A stretch of 38,445 nucleotides of DNA. Source: a virus (lineage: Duplodnaviria; Caudoviricetes). Location of the stretch: IMG/VR virus record IMGVR_UViG_3300029258_000472, positions 1 to 38,445 of that record, one strand, 5' to 3'. The position numbers were made by a program, and so were the translations under genes. The notes below the pieces were generated by a model. The model saw only the letters and a list, made by a program, of their open reading frames with translations, ran no database searches and was not told the origin of the DNA. Below are positions 16,347-25,467 of this stretch, piece by piece; within the stretch, counting starts at the first letter, position 1; each line of letters begins with the position of its first letter.

Positions 16347-16594
16347 CCCGTCAACGCCAAGCAGCAACAGAGAAGGAACTGACCCTGCTGGCGCAACTAA
16401 TCGACCTGGAGGAACGCATGACCGAATACGAACTACGCCGAGAACAGATCGCCGCGTCGATTGACATGGCCCGTGAGGCGCTAGCCAAAGAAAAGTATAA
16501 AGACGTGGCACGGTTGCTGGAGACCGCGCACATCATTGTGTCGAATGAACTCGAAATGGAGGCTCGGAATGAGCAGCGAAAAGAAACCCTGTGA
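16325..16594 (+). CDS. Hypothetical coiled-coil protein
   Basis: Helical, charged ORF within the operon. Start uncertain. Confidence 0.55.
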   Translation: MPKSSRIARQRQAATEKELTLLAQLIDLEERMTEYELRREQIAASIDMAREALAKEKYKDVARLLETAHIIVSNELEMEARNEQRKETL

Positions 16595-16733
16595 CGGTCA
16601 CTGCGGCCATTGGCACGAAGAACGAGGCTGCCTGGAAGGTCACGGTCGATGGTATGTCGGTGACTGTGAGGACTTCATCACGCTTGAGGAGGGCGAAGAG
16701 TGGTACTCGGATATGGAAGAGGAGGCGATATGA
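16569..16733 (+). CDS. Small Cys/His-rich acidic protein
   Basis: GGAGG RBS before ATG 16569. ATGA overlap downstream. Confidence 0.55.
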   Translation: MSSEKKPCDGHCGHWHEERGCLEGHGRWYVGDCEDFITLEEGEEWYSDMEEEAI

Positions 16734-16957
16734 AGCCGTGGACATATAAGAGCAACATATCAGGCGACTGGCACCGCTGTACGATCATGCTTGGAGATGG
16801 TTCAACCGTAGGCGGGCGGATGTCGCTTGCGGATGCTCGTTTGATTGCCGCTGCGCCGGAATTGCTGGAGGCTTGCGAAATTGCCTACCAATCAGACGAT
16901 TTGAGCGTAAAAGATATTTTGCGTGCTGCGATTGCCAAAGCAAAGGGGGAAGCATGA
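16730..16957 (+). CDS. Phage hypothetical protein ('ARLIAAAPELLEA' family)
   Basis: Common phage motif 'DARLIAAAPELLEAC...RAAIAKAKGE' and a strong RBS. Confidence 0.75.
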   Translation: MKPWTYKSNISGDWHRCTIMLGDGSTVGGRMSLADARLIAAAPELLEACEIAYQSDDLSVKDILRAAIAKAKGEA

Positions 16958-17184
16958 CCGAATCAGCAAAATCTTATCAGGTCGGCGGTGACCACTATCG
17001 CCAGATGGAAGTTCAACCGTGGGACATCGTGGACACATGGCCCAAGATCGAGCGCATGGCTTTCTACCGTGGAAACGCACTCAAGTACCTGATGCGTGCT
17101 GGTCGGAAAGGCGAAATGCTGGACGACATTAAGAAAGCCAAGCACTACTGCGAGAAGATGATAGAGGTATGTTCGTATGACTGA
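16954..17184 (+). CDS. DUF3310 family protein
   Basis: 'QVGGDHY...QPWD...FYRGNALKYLMRAGRKG...DIKKAKHY'. Confidence 0.88.
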   Translation: MTESAKSYQVGGDHYRQMEVQPWDIVDTWPKIERMAFYRGNALKYLMRAGRKGEMLDDIKKAKHYCEKMIEVCSYD

Positions 17185-17494
17185 GATTCGCACGTTTGAC
17201 GACATCGAGCACCGGGTACTGGCTTGGGGCCAGGATCGGGATCTGTATAGCCAGTCAACGGCAAAGGCGCAGGCGATCAAGCTTGGCGAGGAATTCGGTG
17301 AACTTATGGCCGATCTGGCCAGGGGTAGGTGCCCCTCTGACAGCATCGGGGACATGATGGTGGTACTGACCCATATCGCCCATTTCCACGGATTAAGCCT
17401 GACAGGCTGCTACGCCAGTGCGTACCGGGAGATCGAGCCGCGCAAAGGAAAATTTGTTGATGGTGTGTTCATCAAGGAGTCGGACCTTGCCTAA
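17177..17494 (+). CDS. MazG-like NTP pyrophosphohydrolase
   Basis: 'WGQDRDL...QAIKLGEEFGEL...DSIGDMMVVL...AYREI..RKG..VDGVFIKE'. Confidence 0.88.
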   Translation: MTEIRTFDDIEHRVLAWGQDRDLYSQSTAKAQAIKLGEEFGELMADLARGRCPSDSIGDMMVVLTHIAHFHGLSLTGCYASAYREIEPRKGKFVDGVFIKESDLA

Positions 17495-17729
17495 GTACAG
17501 AACCGGCTCATATAGCCTAACCACCTTCGATCAATACGGCACCAAACTGGCGTTGGCTTCATGCCCTAGCCTGACTGATGCAAGCGTCATGGGTGAAGAC
17601 GCTGTAGCCCGTGGCGATGCCTTTTCCTATGTGATCCAGCGCGTCATCGTCAACAGCCTGGACAACGCATGGGAAAGCAAGCGCACACCCAATGAACTGG
17701 ATGACCTAGCCCGCAAGGCTGGTCTATAG
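17487..17729 (+). CDS. Hypothetical protein, last rightward gene
   Basis: AAGGAG before TTG 17487. Converges on the endolysin. Confidence 0.55.
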   Translation: MPKYRTGSYSLTTFDQYGTKLALASCPSLTDASVMGEDAVARGDAFSYVIQRVIVNSLDNAWESKRTPNELDDLARKAGL

Positions 17730-18083
17730 CTTCCACCTGACCCGGCCTCGACGTACATCGACATGCACCCAGCTTGAGTATTCACCCAAGCCCAGGGTAT
17801 TCGGGTGCTTCTCGTCGATGTATGCCACCACCTCGGACGGTGCTACCCCTTTCACTTTGAAGTCAGCAGCCTTCCCGCATAGGTGCTGGCTGTTCGGTGA
17901 GCCTCCCACAAGCGCGTTGTGATGCCGACAGCGACACCCGCTGGTGATGGTCACTGGTGCGCCGTAATGGTCCCTGATCTCCTGTAAGATGCTCACGACA
18001 CGGCTGTCGATGTCGTCGAAGCCGCAGCCGCAGGAACATGAGAACTCGCTAAGGTAAAAGTTTTTAGATAACTGCTCAGTCAC
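17724..18083 (-). CDS. Peptidase M15 family endolysin
   Basis: 'LSKNFYLSEFSCSCGCG', 'ITSGCRC..HN..VGG...SQHLCGKAADF' and 'WVHVDVR'. GTG start with AGGAG RBS. Confidence 0.9.
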   Translation of the reverse strand: MTEQLSKNFYLSEFSCSCGCGFDDIDSRVVSILQEIRDHYGAPVTITSGCRCRHHNALVGGSPNSQHLCGKAADFKVKGVAPSEVVAYIDEKHPNTLGLGEYSSWVHVDVRRGRVRWKL

Positions 18084-18390
18084 CAAACCATCTCCTGTAA
18101 GGCGTTGCTGGCGGATCAATCGCCGGTAGCCCCTCGATCCCCTCCGGCGCTTTCAGGTTGGCATGGTAGCCCGGTAGCGGGGCCATCTCCGGGTAGGGGG
18201 TGCCCTCCTCGTCCGTCAGCGTGTTGCCGGTCGGAGCGTGGATGGTGCCGATCATGTCCAGGGCGATGACCGGGGGCTTGATGGGTTGCCATTGGGGGCC
18301 GTCGTCGGTGTCGATCTGGTGGGCTAGACCGGCTGAGGATAGGGCTTGCCACATATCCTGTTCGGTGTCGGTGTGTAGGTAGTAGATCAT
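18076..18390 (-). CDS. Fibre-associated small protein (possible assembly/accessory)
   Basis: 'LDMIGTIHAPTGNTLTDEEG..YPEMAPLPGYHANL...P.TPYRRW', a motif recalled from genes downstream of such fibres. Confidence 0.6.
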   Translation of the reverse strand: MIYYLHTDTEQDMWQALSSAGLAHQIDTDDGPQWQPIKPPVIALDMIGTIHAPTGNTLTDEEGTPYPEMAPLPGYHANLKAPEGIEGLPAIDPPATPYRRWFGD

Positions 18391-19058
18391 GAGGTGAGTT
18401 TCTCCAGCTCGGCGTTGGGCAAGCGTTTGGGTCTTGGTCCTGATTTCTTTTTAGGCAAGTCAGGAAAATCTTTTGTTATGTGCTTCCAGATTTTCTTGAG
18501 TTTTATTTGAGAGACATACGAAGGCACAATGTTGTACTCATTCGCAATTTCTTTATTAGTGCGAGGATCATGGTAAATAGCTTTAATTTGAGCTTCTGTC
18601 AGTTTTGCATTGCCGTTATTGGTTCCTGGCAATGAAGACTGCCGACCCTTGTTGACTTTATCTTGCATATTATCTGCTGGAGTCCCAGCAAACAAATGAT
18701 TTGGATTACAGCATTTTGGATTGTCGCATTTGTGGCAAATAAACAAGCCCTTGGGGATTTCGCCATTTGTCAGGGTGTAAGCAATGCGATGAGCTTTTAA
18801 CAAGACCCCAGGCAAAGGTGCATATAAACCGTATCCATTATGCGCCAGTGTTCCCTGCCACTCCCAACAGTCTTCATCAGCTTTGATCGCGGCATTTGAC
18901 CAAAAAGCTTCAATGTTTCTGACAGCTTCTGTGATGGTCAAATTACCATTTTTCTTGCGGTACTCAGCAGCAGAAAGCCTGCTTTTTTCCCGCATCAATT
19001 CTTTGTTTTTTGCTCGATAGCGACGGTTATACTCACGCTGCTGTTCTTTGGTAGTCAT
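18387..19058 (-). CDS. HNH homing endonuclease
   Basis: 'CWEWQG...GYG...AHRIAY...ICHKCDNPKCCNPNHLFAGTPADNMQD...GNAKLTE'. AT-rich. Confidence 0.92.
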   Translation of the reverse strand: MTTKEQQREYNRRYRAKNKELMREKSRLSAAEYRKKNGNLTITEAVRNIEAFWSNAAIKADEDCWEWQGTLAHNGYGLYAPLPGVLLKAHRIAYTLTNGEIPKGLFICHKCDNPKCCNPNHLFAGTPADNMQDKVNKGRQSSLPGTNNGNAKLTEAQIKAIYHDPRTNKEIANEYNIVPSYVSQIKLKKIWKHITKDFPDLPKKKSGPRPKRLPNAELEKLTS

Positions 19059-20290
19059 GAGGTTAACTTCTCCAATTCCTGATTACTGAGCCTCTTATTA
19101 TAATACGAAAGGCGGGCGATGTGGCCGTTGAGGTGATTTACTGTTGAGTTTGATCCAATAAACAATTTATTAGGGCTTGGCAAAGATCCGCTAGAATCTG
19201 TATAAGCTGAAATCCCATTCCATGAGGATGCGAAATCGTTTGCTTTGTACGCAAGTGCGTTTTTAGCAGTTTGGATAGGCATAACTACATATCCATTCGG
19301 GAGAGTTGTATCTCCTGAAAATTGCGAAACACTGCCATTTATAACAAACGGATAAACTCGATCTGGCGAATAACCAGAAAAAGACCTAACAGCAATATAA
19401 TCGCCACTAGCTTGACTGAAGTTATACAAAAATAGACTCGTGCTATCCGCTGGTCTGAATGATGAAAATTCTGAATAAATCGTCCCCTCATCCTGTCTGT
19501 AAAACTCCGCAAAATCATCCCCATCAACCACAGCAACGTCGGCTTCGCGGGTGACGGTGGAATCGGTGGTGGGGATGTAGCTGGTGGGGAAGGAACCCTC
19601 CTCTAACTGGGCGCCCCAGGCGTAAAAGGCTCCTGTTTCACCAAACGGTCTGGAGATAAAAACTCTTGCCGAAGTACATCCAACAGGAGTTGTAAAAGAA
19701 AACGAAATGCGAGTGTATGAATCTGTATTTACTTGCGACAAATAGCTTGTTGCTGGAACTATGTCTGCAGCAGCAATTAAGTCAAGAGCCGAATACTCCA
19801 GATCGCTAGCAGTGTCATTTTTTATATAAAACGAAAATGTATAAGCAGTGGAAGCTGTTACAGTTACATCATAAGCAACAAACTGCTGCCCTGGCACCGC
19901 TGTTATTTCGTAATATGTCGCAGAAGATGTACCGTCTGGTGATACGTCGTCATTCTCTGTAGCAGATACGTTACTTCCAACATTCCATGATGTGCCGTCA
20001 TCTGGAACTGAAGGAGCTATCAAATTCGTCCTACTCTCCTCCACCAACAACCCCAAACTTTCCCCTGTCTCCGGGTCATGGTCGAAGCGTGCCTGATTGG
20101 CGCTCGCGGTTTGCAGCACTCCGCTCTCGTCAAAGTAGGTGCCGGAGCTTGCGCGGGTGAAGGTGATGCGGGGGTCGAGGGCCTTGTCGCGGGCGAACTG
20201 GAGGTCGAGGGTGGCCCAGGCGGAAAGCGTTCGCGGCGCACTTACAAGCCCGAACAACCGGAACAGCGATGTCAGTTTGGTTAGTTTCAT
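19055..20290 (-). CDS. Tail fibre / head-spike protein with carbohydrate-binding-like domains
   Basis: 'ITFTRASSGTYFD..G.L....NQARFDHDPETG..LGLLVEESRTNL', 'WGAQLEEGSFPTSYIPTT...TREAD' and a LamG-like end 'LNGHIARLSYY'. Confidence 0.75.
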   Translation of the reverse strand: MKLTKLTSLFRLFGLVSAPRTLSAWATLDLQFARDKALDPRITFTRASSGTYFDESGVLQTASANQARFDHDPETGESLGLLVEESRTNLIAPSVPDDGTSWNVGSNVSATENDDVSPDGTSSATYYEITAVPGQQFVAYDVTVTASTAYTFSFYIKNDTASDLEYSALDLIAAADIVPATSYLSQVNTDSYTRISFSFTTPVGCTSARVFISRPFGETGAFYAWGAQLEEGSFPTSYIPTTDSTVTREADVAVVDGDDFAEFYRQDEGTIYSEFSSFRPADSTSLFLYNFSQASGDYIAVRSFSGYSPDRVYPFVINGSVSQFSGDTTLPNGYVVMPIQTAKNALAYKANDFASSWNGISAYTDSSGSLPSPNKLFIGSNSTVNHLNGHIARLSYYNKRLSNQELEKLTS

Positions 20291-20679
20291 TTTGTCAGAC
20301 CTTTTGCTTTCTCGTACGTCCGCAACCCGCCAAGCCCCAGCATCCCCATTAGCACCGTCAGCAGCGTGCCCATATCAAAATCAATGTCGGGCCAAGTATA
20401 GCCCGCCAGACCCGCCAGCGTCGCGCCTATCGGGCTAAGGACAAAGTGCCATCCCAGCGCCAAGACACACACCCACCCCACCGCAGGCCGCCAGCCAGCG
20501 ACCCAGATTGAGCGGTGCCCGGCCTCGGCTTGGTTTACCGCGATCTGTGCTTGCGCGATCTCGTGACCGTGGCGCTCGGCCATTGTGGCAAGTTCGTGCG
20601 CGAGCCTTGCTCGTTCGTCGGCGTCGGGGATCCATTTGTCGAGCAGTGATGATGCGGCGGTGATTAGGGTTGGGATCAT
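20287..20679 (-). CDS. Holin (GTA 3TM / DUF3154-like)
   Basis: 'QIAVNQAEA.H.S..VAGWRPAVGWVC' and 'LMGMLGLGGLRTYEK'. Confidence 0.85.
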   Translation of the reverse strand: MIPTLITAASSLLDKWIPDADERARLAHELATMAERHGHEIAQAQIAVNQAEAGHRSIWVAGWRPAVGWVCVLALGWHFVLSPIGATLAGLAGYTWPDIDFDMGTLLTVLMGMLGLGGLRTYEKAKGLTK

Positions 20680-20708
20680 AACGGGGTCTCTAGTTTAGGC
20701 ACGGGTGG

Positions 20709-22592
20709 TTATTTGGGAACCACTGGCTGGTAATTCCAGATACTGGTAGAAAACGTCGTAGAGGATATGGCGTTAAGTTCGCAAGCTGTGCCTTTTGAAA
20801 CAACGATTGTTGCGCCATCATTGCGAACGTTGGCGCCTATACCAGCGGCGATATTTGGTCCTGAAAGGTTCAGTTTATTTCTTCCATTGTTGGCCGCCAT
20901 AAAATTGGCGGCATGGGTGCGCGGCGCAATGTTGTTATCGTTGACTACTCCACTAAACAAAACTTCATCATCTAAATTAGTAGATGGGTCGTTTTCTTCA
21001 AAAATTAAACAATTTGAAAAAACGTTCGTTGTGACAACCTCAGAACCGACGGAAATATCGAGATCAGCGAATGTTTGAATGGTGAATCCGTTTTCATCAA
21101 ACTCGGGCATGGGATACAGGTGAGCAATGGCGACACTTTCTATGATGTTGGCGAGCCCTGTGTGTGATATGGCGCAGCCGTTCCAGGTATTTTTGAATCC
21201 GTTGCGATAAAACAGTGTGGTGCTGACGACAGGATTGTAGGCAAAAAAGTCGGTCGGCAGTTCTGCCAGTTCGTCACCATACACATCAAACATACCAGCC
21301 GGGAAACTGCTGAGGCTGGAGCAGTCGCGCCAGGCTTCCTCGAAGCCGACAAAATTACCCGGGTGGGCGGCCAAGGTGATGCTGGGGAAGCTGGTGAGGC
21401 TGCTGCAGCCTTTCCAGGTCTGTCTGAAGTTGCGCCCGGCGGGCAGGTCGAGCGCGGGGAAGCTGGTGAGGCCGCGGCAATACTCCCAGGTCTCGGTAAA
21501 GGTGACGGCATTGGGCAGGGGGATTTCGGGGAAACTGGTGAGGCTTTCGCACTCTTTCCAGGCGGCGGGCAGGCGGACTACCGTGGTCAGATCGAGAGCC
21601 GGGAAGCTGGTGAGGGCGGTGCAGTTTTGCCAGGTGGCGTCGAGGTCGGTGCAGGCCGGCAGGGCGAGGGCCGGGAAACTGGTGAGGGCGGTGCAATCGC
21701 GCCAGGCGGCGTCGAGGATCTGGGCGTTGGGGAGGGTGATGATCGGGAACGCGGTGAGGGCGGTGCAGGTGTCCCAGCAGTCGTGCAGGATGCGGGCCTC
21801 GGTAAAGTTCATCGGCGGGAAGCTGGTGAGGCTGCTGCAGCTTTCCCAGGTGTATTCGTGGCAGCGGACGTTGGCGAGGGCGTCGGGGTGGGCCTGGAAG
21901 CTGGTCATGTTGGAGAGGTCCCAGAAGGTGTCGAAGGTGACCAGGGTGGTGAGGCCGCGCTGCCAACTGGCAGCGGTGATGGCTGCCCAGCTGGTGGTGT
22001 AAGCGACGGTGAAGTGCGGCAGGTGGCCGCGGATGTGGACGGTGTAGGTGCCGGTGGTGGCGTAGGTGTGCTCGTAGTACCCGGGGGCGCTGATCTGGGT
22101 GAAGTTGCCGTCGCCCCAGGCGACGGTGGCGCGGTATTCGAGGTCGGCGTCGAACGGCAGGTGTTCTTCGGCGTCGTAGTAGCTGGATGCGGATTCGAGG
22201 TCGCCGCCTGCGGTGACGTCGTAGCAGAAAACGGCAAAGCTCAGGCTGTTGGTGAGGCTCAGGTCGAGGGTGAGGGTGAGGCCCTGCGCCAGCTCCACAC
22301 TGATGACCTTGCCGACCTGCGTCAAATACTTGAGCAGCGGGGCCAGCCATCCGCCGCGTGAAAGCGTAGACTGATCCGCCAATCGCAGCGGGATGAACTG
22401 AAAGTCGATCTCTCTAAAGCCATCGACTGTGATCGGCACCGATTGCGCCGGCATCTCCAGATAGCCACTGACGGCCAGCGGAATGGTCTGCTCACCCGGC
22501 GTGGCGACAGTGCGAATCGGGATCTGCTTTTCGCTGATCTCCTTGTATCCGCTGATCGACAGCGGGATAGTCTGCTCACCCGTGGCGCTCAT
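20709..22592 (-). CDS. Virion adhesin-like protein with a PKD domain and BspA-type LRRs
   Basis: PKD signature 'VAWGDG...EHTYATTGTYTVHIRG' and eight ~24-aa repeats WxxCxxLTSFP. Confidence 0.75.
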   Translation of the reverse strand: MSATGEQTIPLSISGYKEISEKQIPIRTVATPGEQTIPLAVSGYLEMPAQSVPITVDGFREIDFQFIPLRLADQSTLSRGGWLAPLLKYLTQVGKVISVELAQGLTLTLDLSLTNSLSFAVFCYDVTAGGDLESASSYYDAEEHLPFDADLEYRATVAWGDGNFTQISAPGYYEHTYATTGTYTVHIRGHLPHFTVAYTTSWAAITAASWQRGLTTLVTFDTFWDLSNMTSFQAHPDALANVRCHEYTWESCSSLTSFPPMNFTEARILHDCWDTCTALTAFPIITLPNAQILDAAWRDCTALTSFPALALPACTDLDATWQNCTALTSFPALDLTTVVRLPAAWKECESLTSFPEIPLPNAVTFTETWEYCRGLTSFPALDLPAGRNFRQTWKGCSSLTSFPSITLAAHPGNFVGFEEAWRDCSSLSSFPAGMFDVYGDELAELPTDFFAYNPVVSTTLFYRNGFKNTWNGCAISHTGLANIIESVAIAHLYPMPEFDENGFTIQTFADLDISVGSEVVTTNVFSNCLIFEENDPSTNLDDEVLFSGVVNDNNIAPRTHAANFMAANNGRNKLNLSGPNIAAGIGANVRNDGATIVVSKGTACELNAISSTTFSTSIWNYQPVVPK

Positions 22593-23029
22593 GCCGTACC
22601 CGTGTCGGTGCCTGTATCGGTGCCCGTGTCGGTCTCGGTCACGTTCAGTTCGCTGCGGTCGATGTCGGCGTGGGTCATCACGACCAGCCGGCCCTGGCCG
22701 TCGCGGAAAACACGATCCTTAATCGGCGCCCAGGTCACGATTAACGCACCGGTGGTGTCTGTTACCGTCGCTTCGTCGTAGTAGGTTCGATACTGCGGAA
22801 GCTCGGTCAGCGGGCTGGCAATGCCGGCGGATTCGCTCACATCCGCCAGCGCGCCGAGTTCCGAGGTCGGAATCGAAATGCCGGCGGCTTCCGTGGCGCT
22901 GGATGTCTCGGCGAAAGCCTCGCCCAGTTCGGCCTCGATCTGCTGTCGGAAATCCTCATTAGACAGCGGTTCGTTGCCTGGCGGGTTACACAGGATCGCG
23001 TTGATGTAATCCTGCAAAGTTGCAGCCAT
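22589..23029 (-). CDS. Hypothetical tail-region protein
   Basis: ATGA-coupled to the next gene. C-terminal TDTG repeats. Confidence 0.65.
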   Translation of the reverse strand: MAATLQDYINAILCNPPGNEPLSNEDFRQQIEAELGEAFAETSSATEAAGISIPTSELGALADVSESAGIASPLTELPQYRTYYDEATVTDTTGALIVTWAPIKDRVFRDGQGRLVVMTHADIDRSELNVTETDTGTDTGTDTGTA

Positions 23030-23030
23030 A

Positions 23031-23453
23031 TCAGCTTGCCGCGACTTCGATCATCGAGGACAGGAACAGGCTGATGTCGGTGCTGTTTCCGATAAAGCCG
23101 TCGTTTGTAAAACGCATGTGAACGGCAATCGCGTTTCCTGCGCCGGACAAGATTTCGGTGCCGAGATCCAGCGTTGATCCGCCAGTGGCGGTGTCTAGGC
23201 CATTGCTTGTGGTCGCCAGTCTAATGTCTGTGTCGTCTGGATCGGTGCCGCCGTCAGCGTCGGCGATTGATACTTGAATTTGCCCCGTGCCGGGGTTGGT
23301 CGCGTCTTGAAGTTTGCGGTTTGCTGTCGGAACGCCGATATAAATCACGCCGTCTGCGCTGCTGCCATCGGCTGCGGCAAGCTCAAGCGGTGTCTCAGTG
23401 TCATATAGCGTGGTCAGTGTTGCGTCGGTGTAGATATAGGCGAGCTGGGACAT
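23031..23453 (-). CDS. Putative minor tail protein
   Basis: GAGG RBS. 'ATNPGTGQIQVSI...IRLATT...LD.A..G..LDLG..ILSG..NAIAVH'. Confidence 0.65.
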   Translation of the reverse strand: MSQLAYIYTDATLTTLYDTETPLELAAADGSSADGVIYIGVPTANRKLQDATNPGTGQIQVSIADADGGTDPDDTDIRLATTSNGLDTATGGSTLDLGTEILSGAGNAIAVHMRFTNDGFIGNSTDISLFLSSMIEVAAS

Positions 23454-23463
23454 AGTCGGTGCC

Positions 23464-25458
23464 TCAATGGGAAAGGGTCAGGATGTCTTGCGGGATCATC
23501 ACCGCGTATGTGTCGGCAGCGGTGACCGTAGCCGGGGCGCGGTCGGGGTTCGGGATGTTTGGAACTACCACCGAGCACCGCGTTTGATACACCGGCCCCT
23601 CTGCCGTGCCGCGTCTATTTGTGATCCAACCGTCCCAGGATGCAGCCTCGGGCGGCGATGTAGCCAGCCCACCGATCCGCAGCGGGAAGTCCAGGCTCTC
23701 GGCCCTGGCGGCGCTGCTGTGTGCGGGCTGACCGGGCGGTGTCAGTGTGTCATCGCCTGCACCCTCGGCGCCCAGGCGGCGCGAGATCGCCAGTTCCACG
23801 GTCATCGTGAGTGCGCCGCGCTCCCGGTCCATCACTTCGCTGACTCGACGTACTTTGCCGACAGCGGTCAGGCCGGGTGATTCGAGGCGGACGGTCTTGC
23901 TCAGGTCCATGTCGGGCCGGTACACAATCGACGCGCTCACGCTCGTCCTGCGGGCGCGTTTGCGCAGCTCGGTCGCGGCTTTGTGCATCGCAACGACCAT
24001 GGCGTCTTGAGCCGCTGAGCGCCCGTCTACGGCGCCGGCTGTTGGGTAGAACACATAGTCCCCGGCCAGGGCGGAAGACTTGCTGGAACCCGCAGGCGGG
24101 CCGGTGTAGGTCTTGATGGTCTCGAAGCTGGACGTGTCGTAGCGGACCTGCAAGTTATAGGTCTCATCGCGCTGTACCTCGCCGATCCGCTCCTCCAGTT
24201 CGGGCGCGTAGACGGTCATGGTGTACTGCTCGGTGATGTCCTGCGCCCATCGCTTTGCCAAAGTCCATGTGCCGCTGAGCATGGGTGTGGTCGTGATGGC
24301 ATTGTTCGTCCACTCGAATGAGCCAGCGATGCCTGAGCAGGTATAGGTGCCGCTGTCGGGCACGGCGGTGTATGACAGCCCGTAGACGGCCCAAGACGTG
24401 CTGCCCACGGCGGTCTTGAGCGCCTGCACGGTCAACGCATCGCGGACGGTTGGGGTTTGGAAACCGGCGTATTGGCAGAAGCTATGCCCGGCATAAGTGA
24501 CGCGGTACTCGCGGTGTCGCAGCAGCGGATAGCGGTACTGGAAAGTGACAGCGATCCGGCCCAGCAAGTCGCGCTTTGATGCCCGCTGCAAAGAAAGCGT
24601 GTCGTTGAACCGCGTCGCATCGGTGATCGTGATGTCCGGTGTCGCTTTTGCTTGCCAGTCCACCACACGCAGTGCGCCAGCGCGGTCTACGTGCATCTCT
24701 GCGGGCACGGTGCTGATCTGCGCTCTCGCGTACTGGTAGCCGGTTGCACGGTCATCGAAGATGGCGGATGACCAGTAGCCACCGATCAGCGCGTCAATGG
24801 TCGGGCGATCCAGGGCTTCTAGGCGCCCCTGCAAGTTCGTGCTACCCCGAATCGTGACCAGCCCGACGACCGGGCTGTAATCGGCAACATCGACCACGCC
24901 AGTAAACCGCCGGTAGGTCCATGCGCTGGTCGAGATGTCCACGGTCAAAGTCTGTGCTTCGTAGTCCTCAAGGTCCAGGGCGCCATCCGGCGGGACGTAG
25001 GAAAAAGTACAGATGCTGCTGGCGCTTTCCTCGGCGTCGATGCGGATCGTGCCGACGATAGACGTTGTGATGTCGGTCGTGCCGAGCATGACCGTTGCGC
25101 TCCAGGTCAGGTGCGTGGCGGTCAGATCGGACTCGACAATGCTACGGACATCGAGCGGGATCGTTTGCTGGGCGGTGATGCGCTGGCCGTCGATTCGCAG
25201 CGGGATGGTTTGCTGGCCGGTGGTTGGACGGTCGCTGATTTGTAGCGGGATCGTCTGATCCGGCGCAGATTCAAGACTGGCAAGCAGGCGCGGATTGATT
25301 AGCGGCGAGGCGGCCGCGATCTGTGCGGCGGCAGTCGGCGCGGCGATGATCTTGGGGCTGGTCAGTACATCGGCGGCGATGAAGGCGCCGACATCGGCCG
25401 TGGCGACCAGCTGCGGGTCAGCGAGGATGTCTGCGGCGATGCGGGCCGTGATGCTCAT
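23464..25458 (-). CDS. Tail tip / baseplate hub-like protein
   Basis: 664 aa downstream of the tape measure. 'IRIDAEESAS...F', 'RRFTGVVD'. Confidence 0.65.
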   Translation of the reverse strand: MSITARIAADILADPQLVATADVGAFIAADVLTSPKIIAAPTAAAQIAAASPLINPRLLASLESAPDQTIPLQISDRPTTGQQTIPLRIDGQRITAQQTIPLDVRSIVESDLTATHLTWSATVMLGTTDITTSIVGTIRIDAEESASSICTFSYVPPDGALDLEDYEAQTLTVDISTSAWTYRRFTGVVDVADYSPVVGLVTIRGSTNLQGRLEALDRPTIDALIGGYWSSAIFDDRATGYQYARAQISTVPAEMHVDRAGALRVVDWQAKATPDITITDATRFNDTLSLQRASKRDLLGRIAVTFQYRYPLLRHREYRVTYAGHSFCQYAGFQTPTVRDALTVQALKTAVGSTSWAVYGLSYTAVPDSGTYTCSGIAGSFEWTNNAITTTPMLSGTWTLAKRWAQDITEQYTMTVYAPELEERIGEVQRDETYNLQVRYDTSSFETIKTYTGPPAGSSKSSALAGDYVFYPTAGAVDGRSAAQDAMVVAMHKAATELRKRARRTSVSASIVYRPDMDLSKTVRLESPGLTAVGKVRRVSEVMDRERGALTMTVELAISRRLGAEGAGDDTLTPPGQPAHSSAARAESLDFPLRIGGLATSPPEAASWDGWITNRRGTAEGPVYQTRCSVVVPNIPNPDRAPATVTAADTYAVMIPQDILTLSH

Positions 25459-25467
25459 AAGCGCGTA

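Noticed and set aside
21355-22361. Long overlapping ORFs (331, 332 and 208 aa) across the LRR gene
   Set aside because: Shadow frames produced by extreme third-position bias. They are low-complexity and have no motifs.
19055-22592. Diversity-generating retroelement or invertible fibre cassette
   Set aside because: No reverse transcriptase, invertase or TR/VR pair is visible.
22592-22640. TDTG/TD low-complexity tails here and at the portal C-terminus (~32885-32915)
   Set aside because: Short coding microsatellites, most likely flexible tails.
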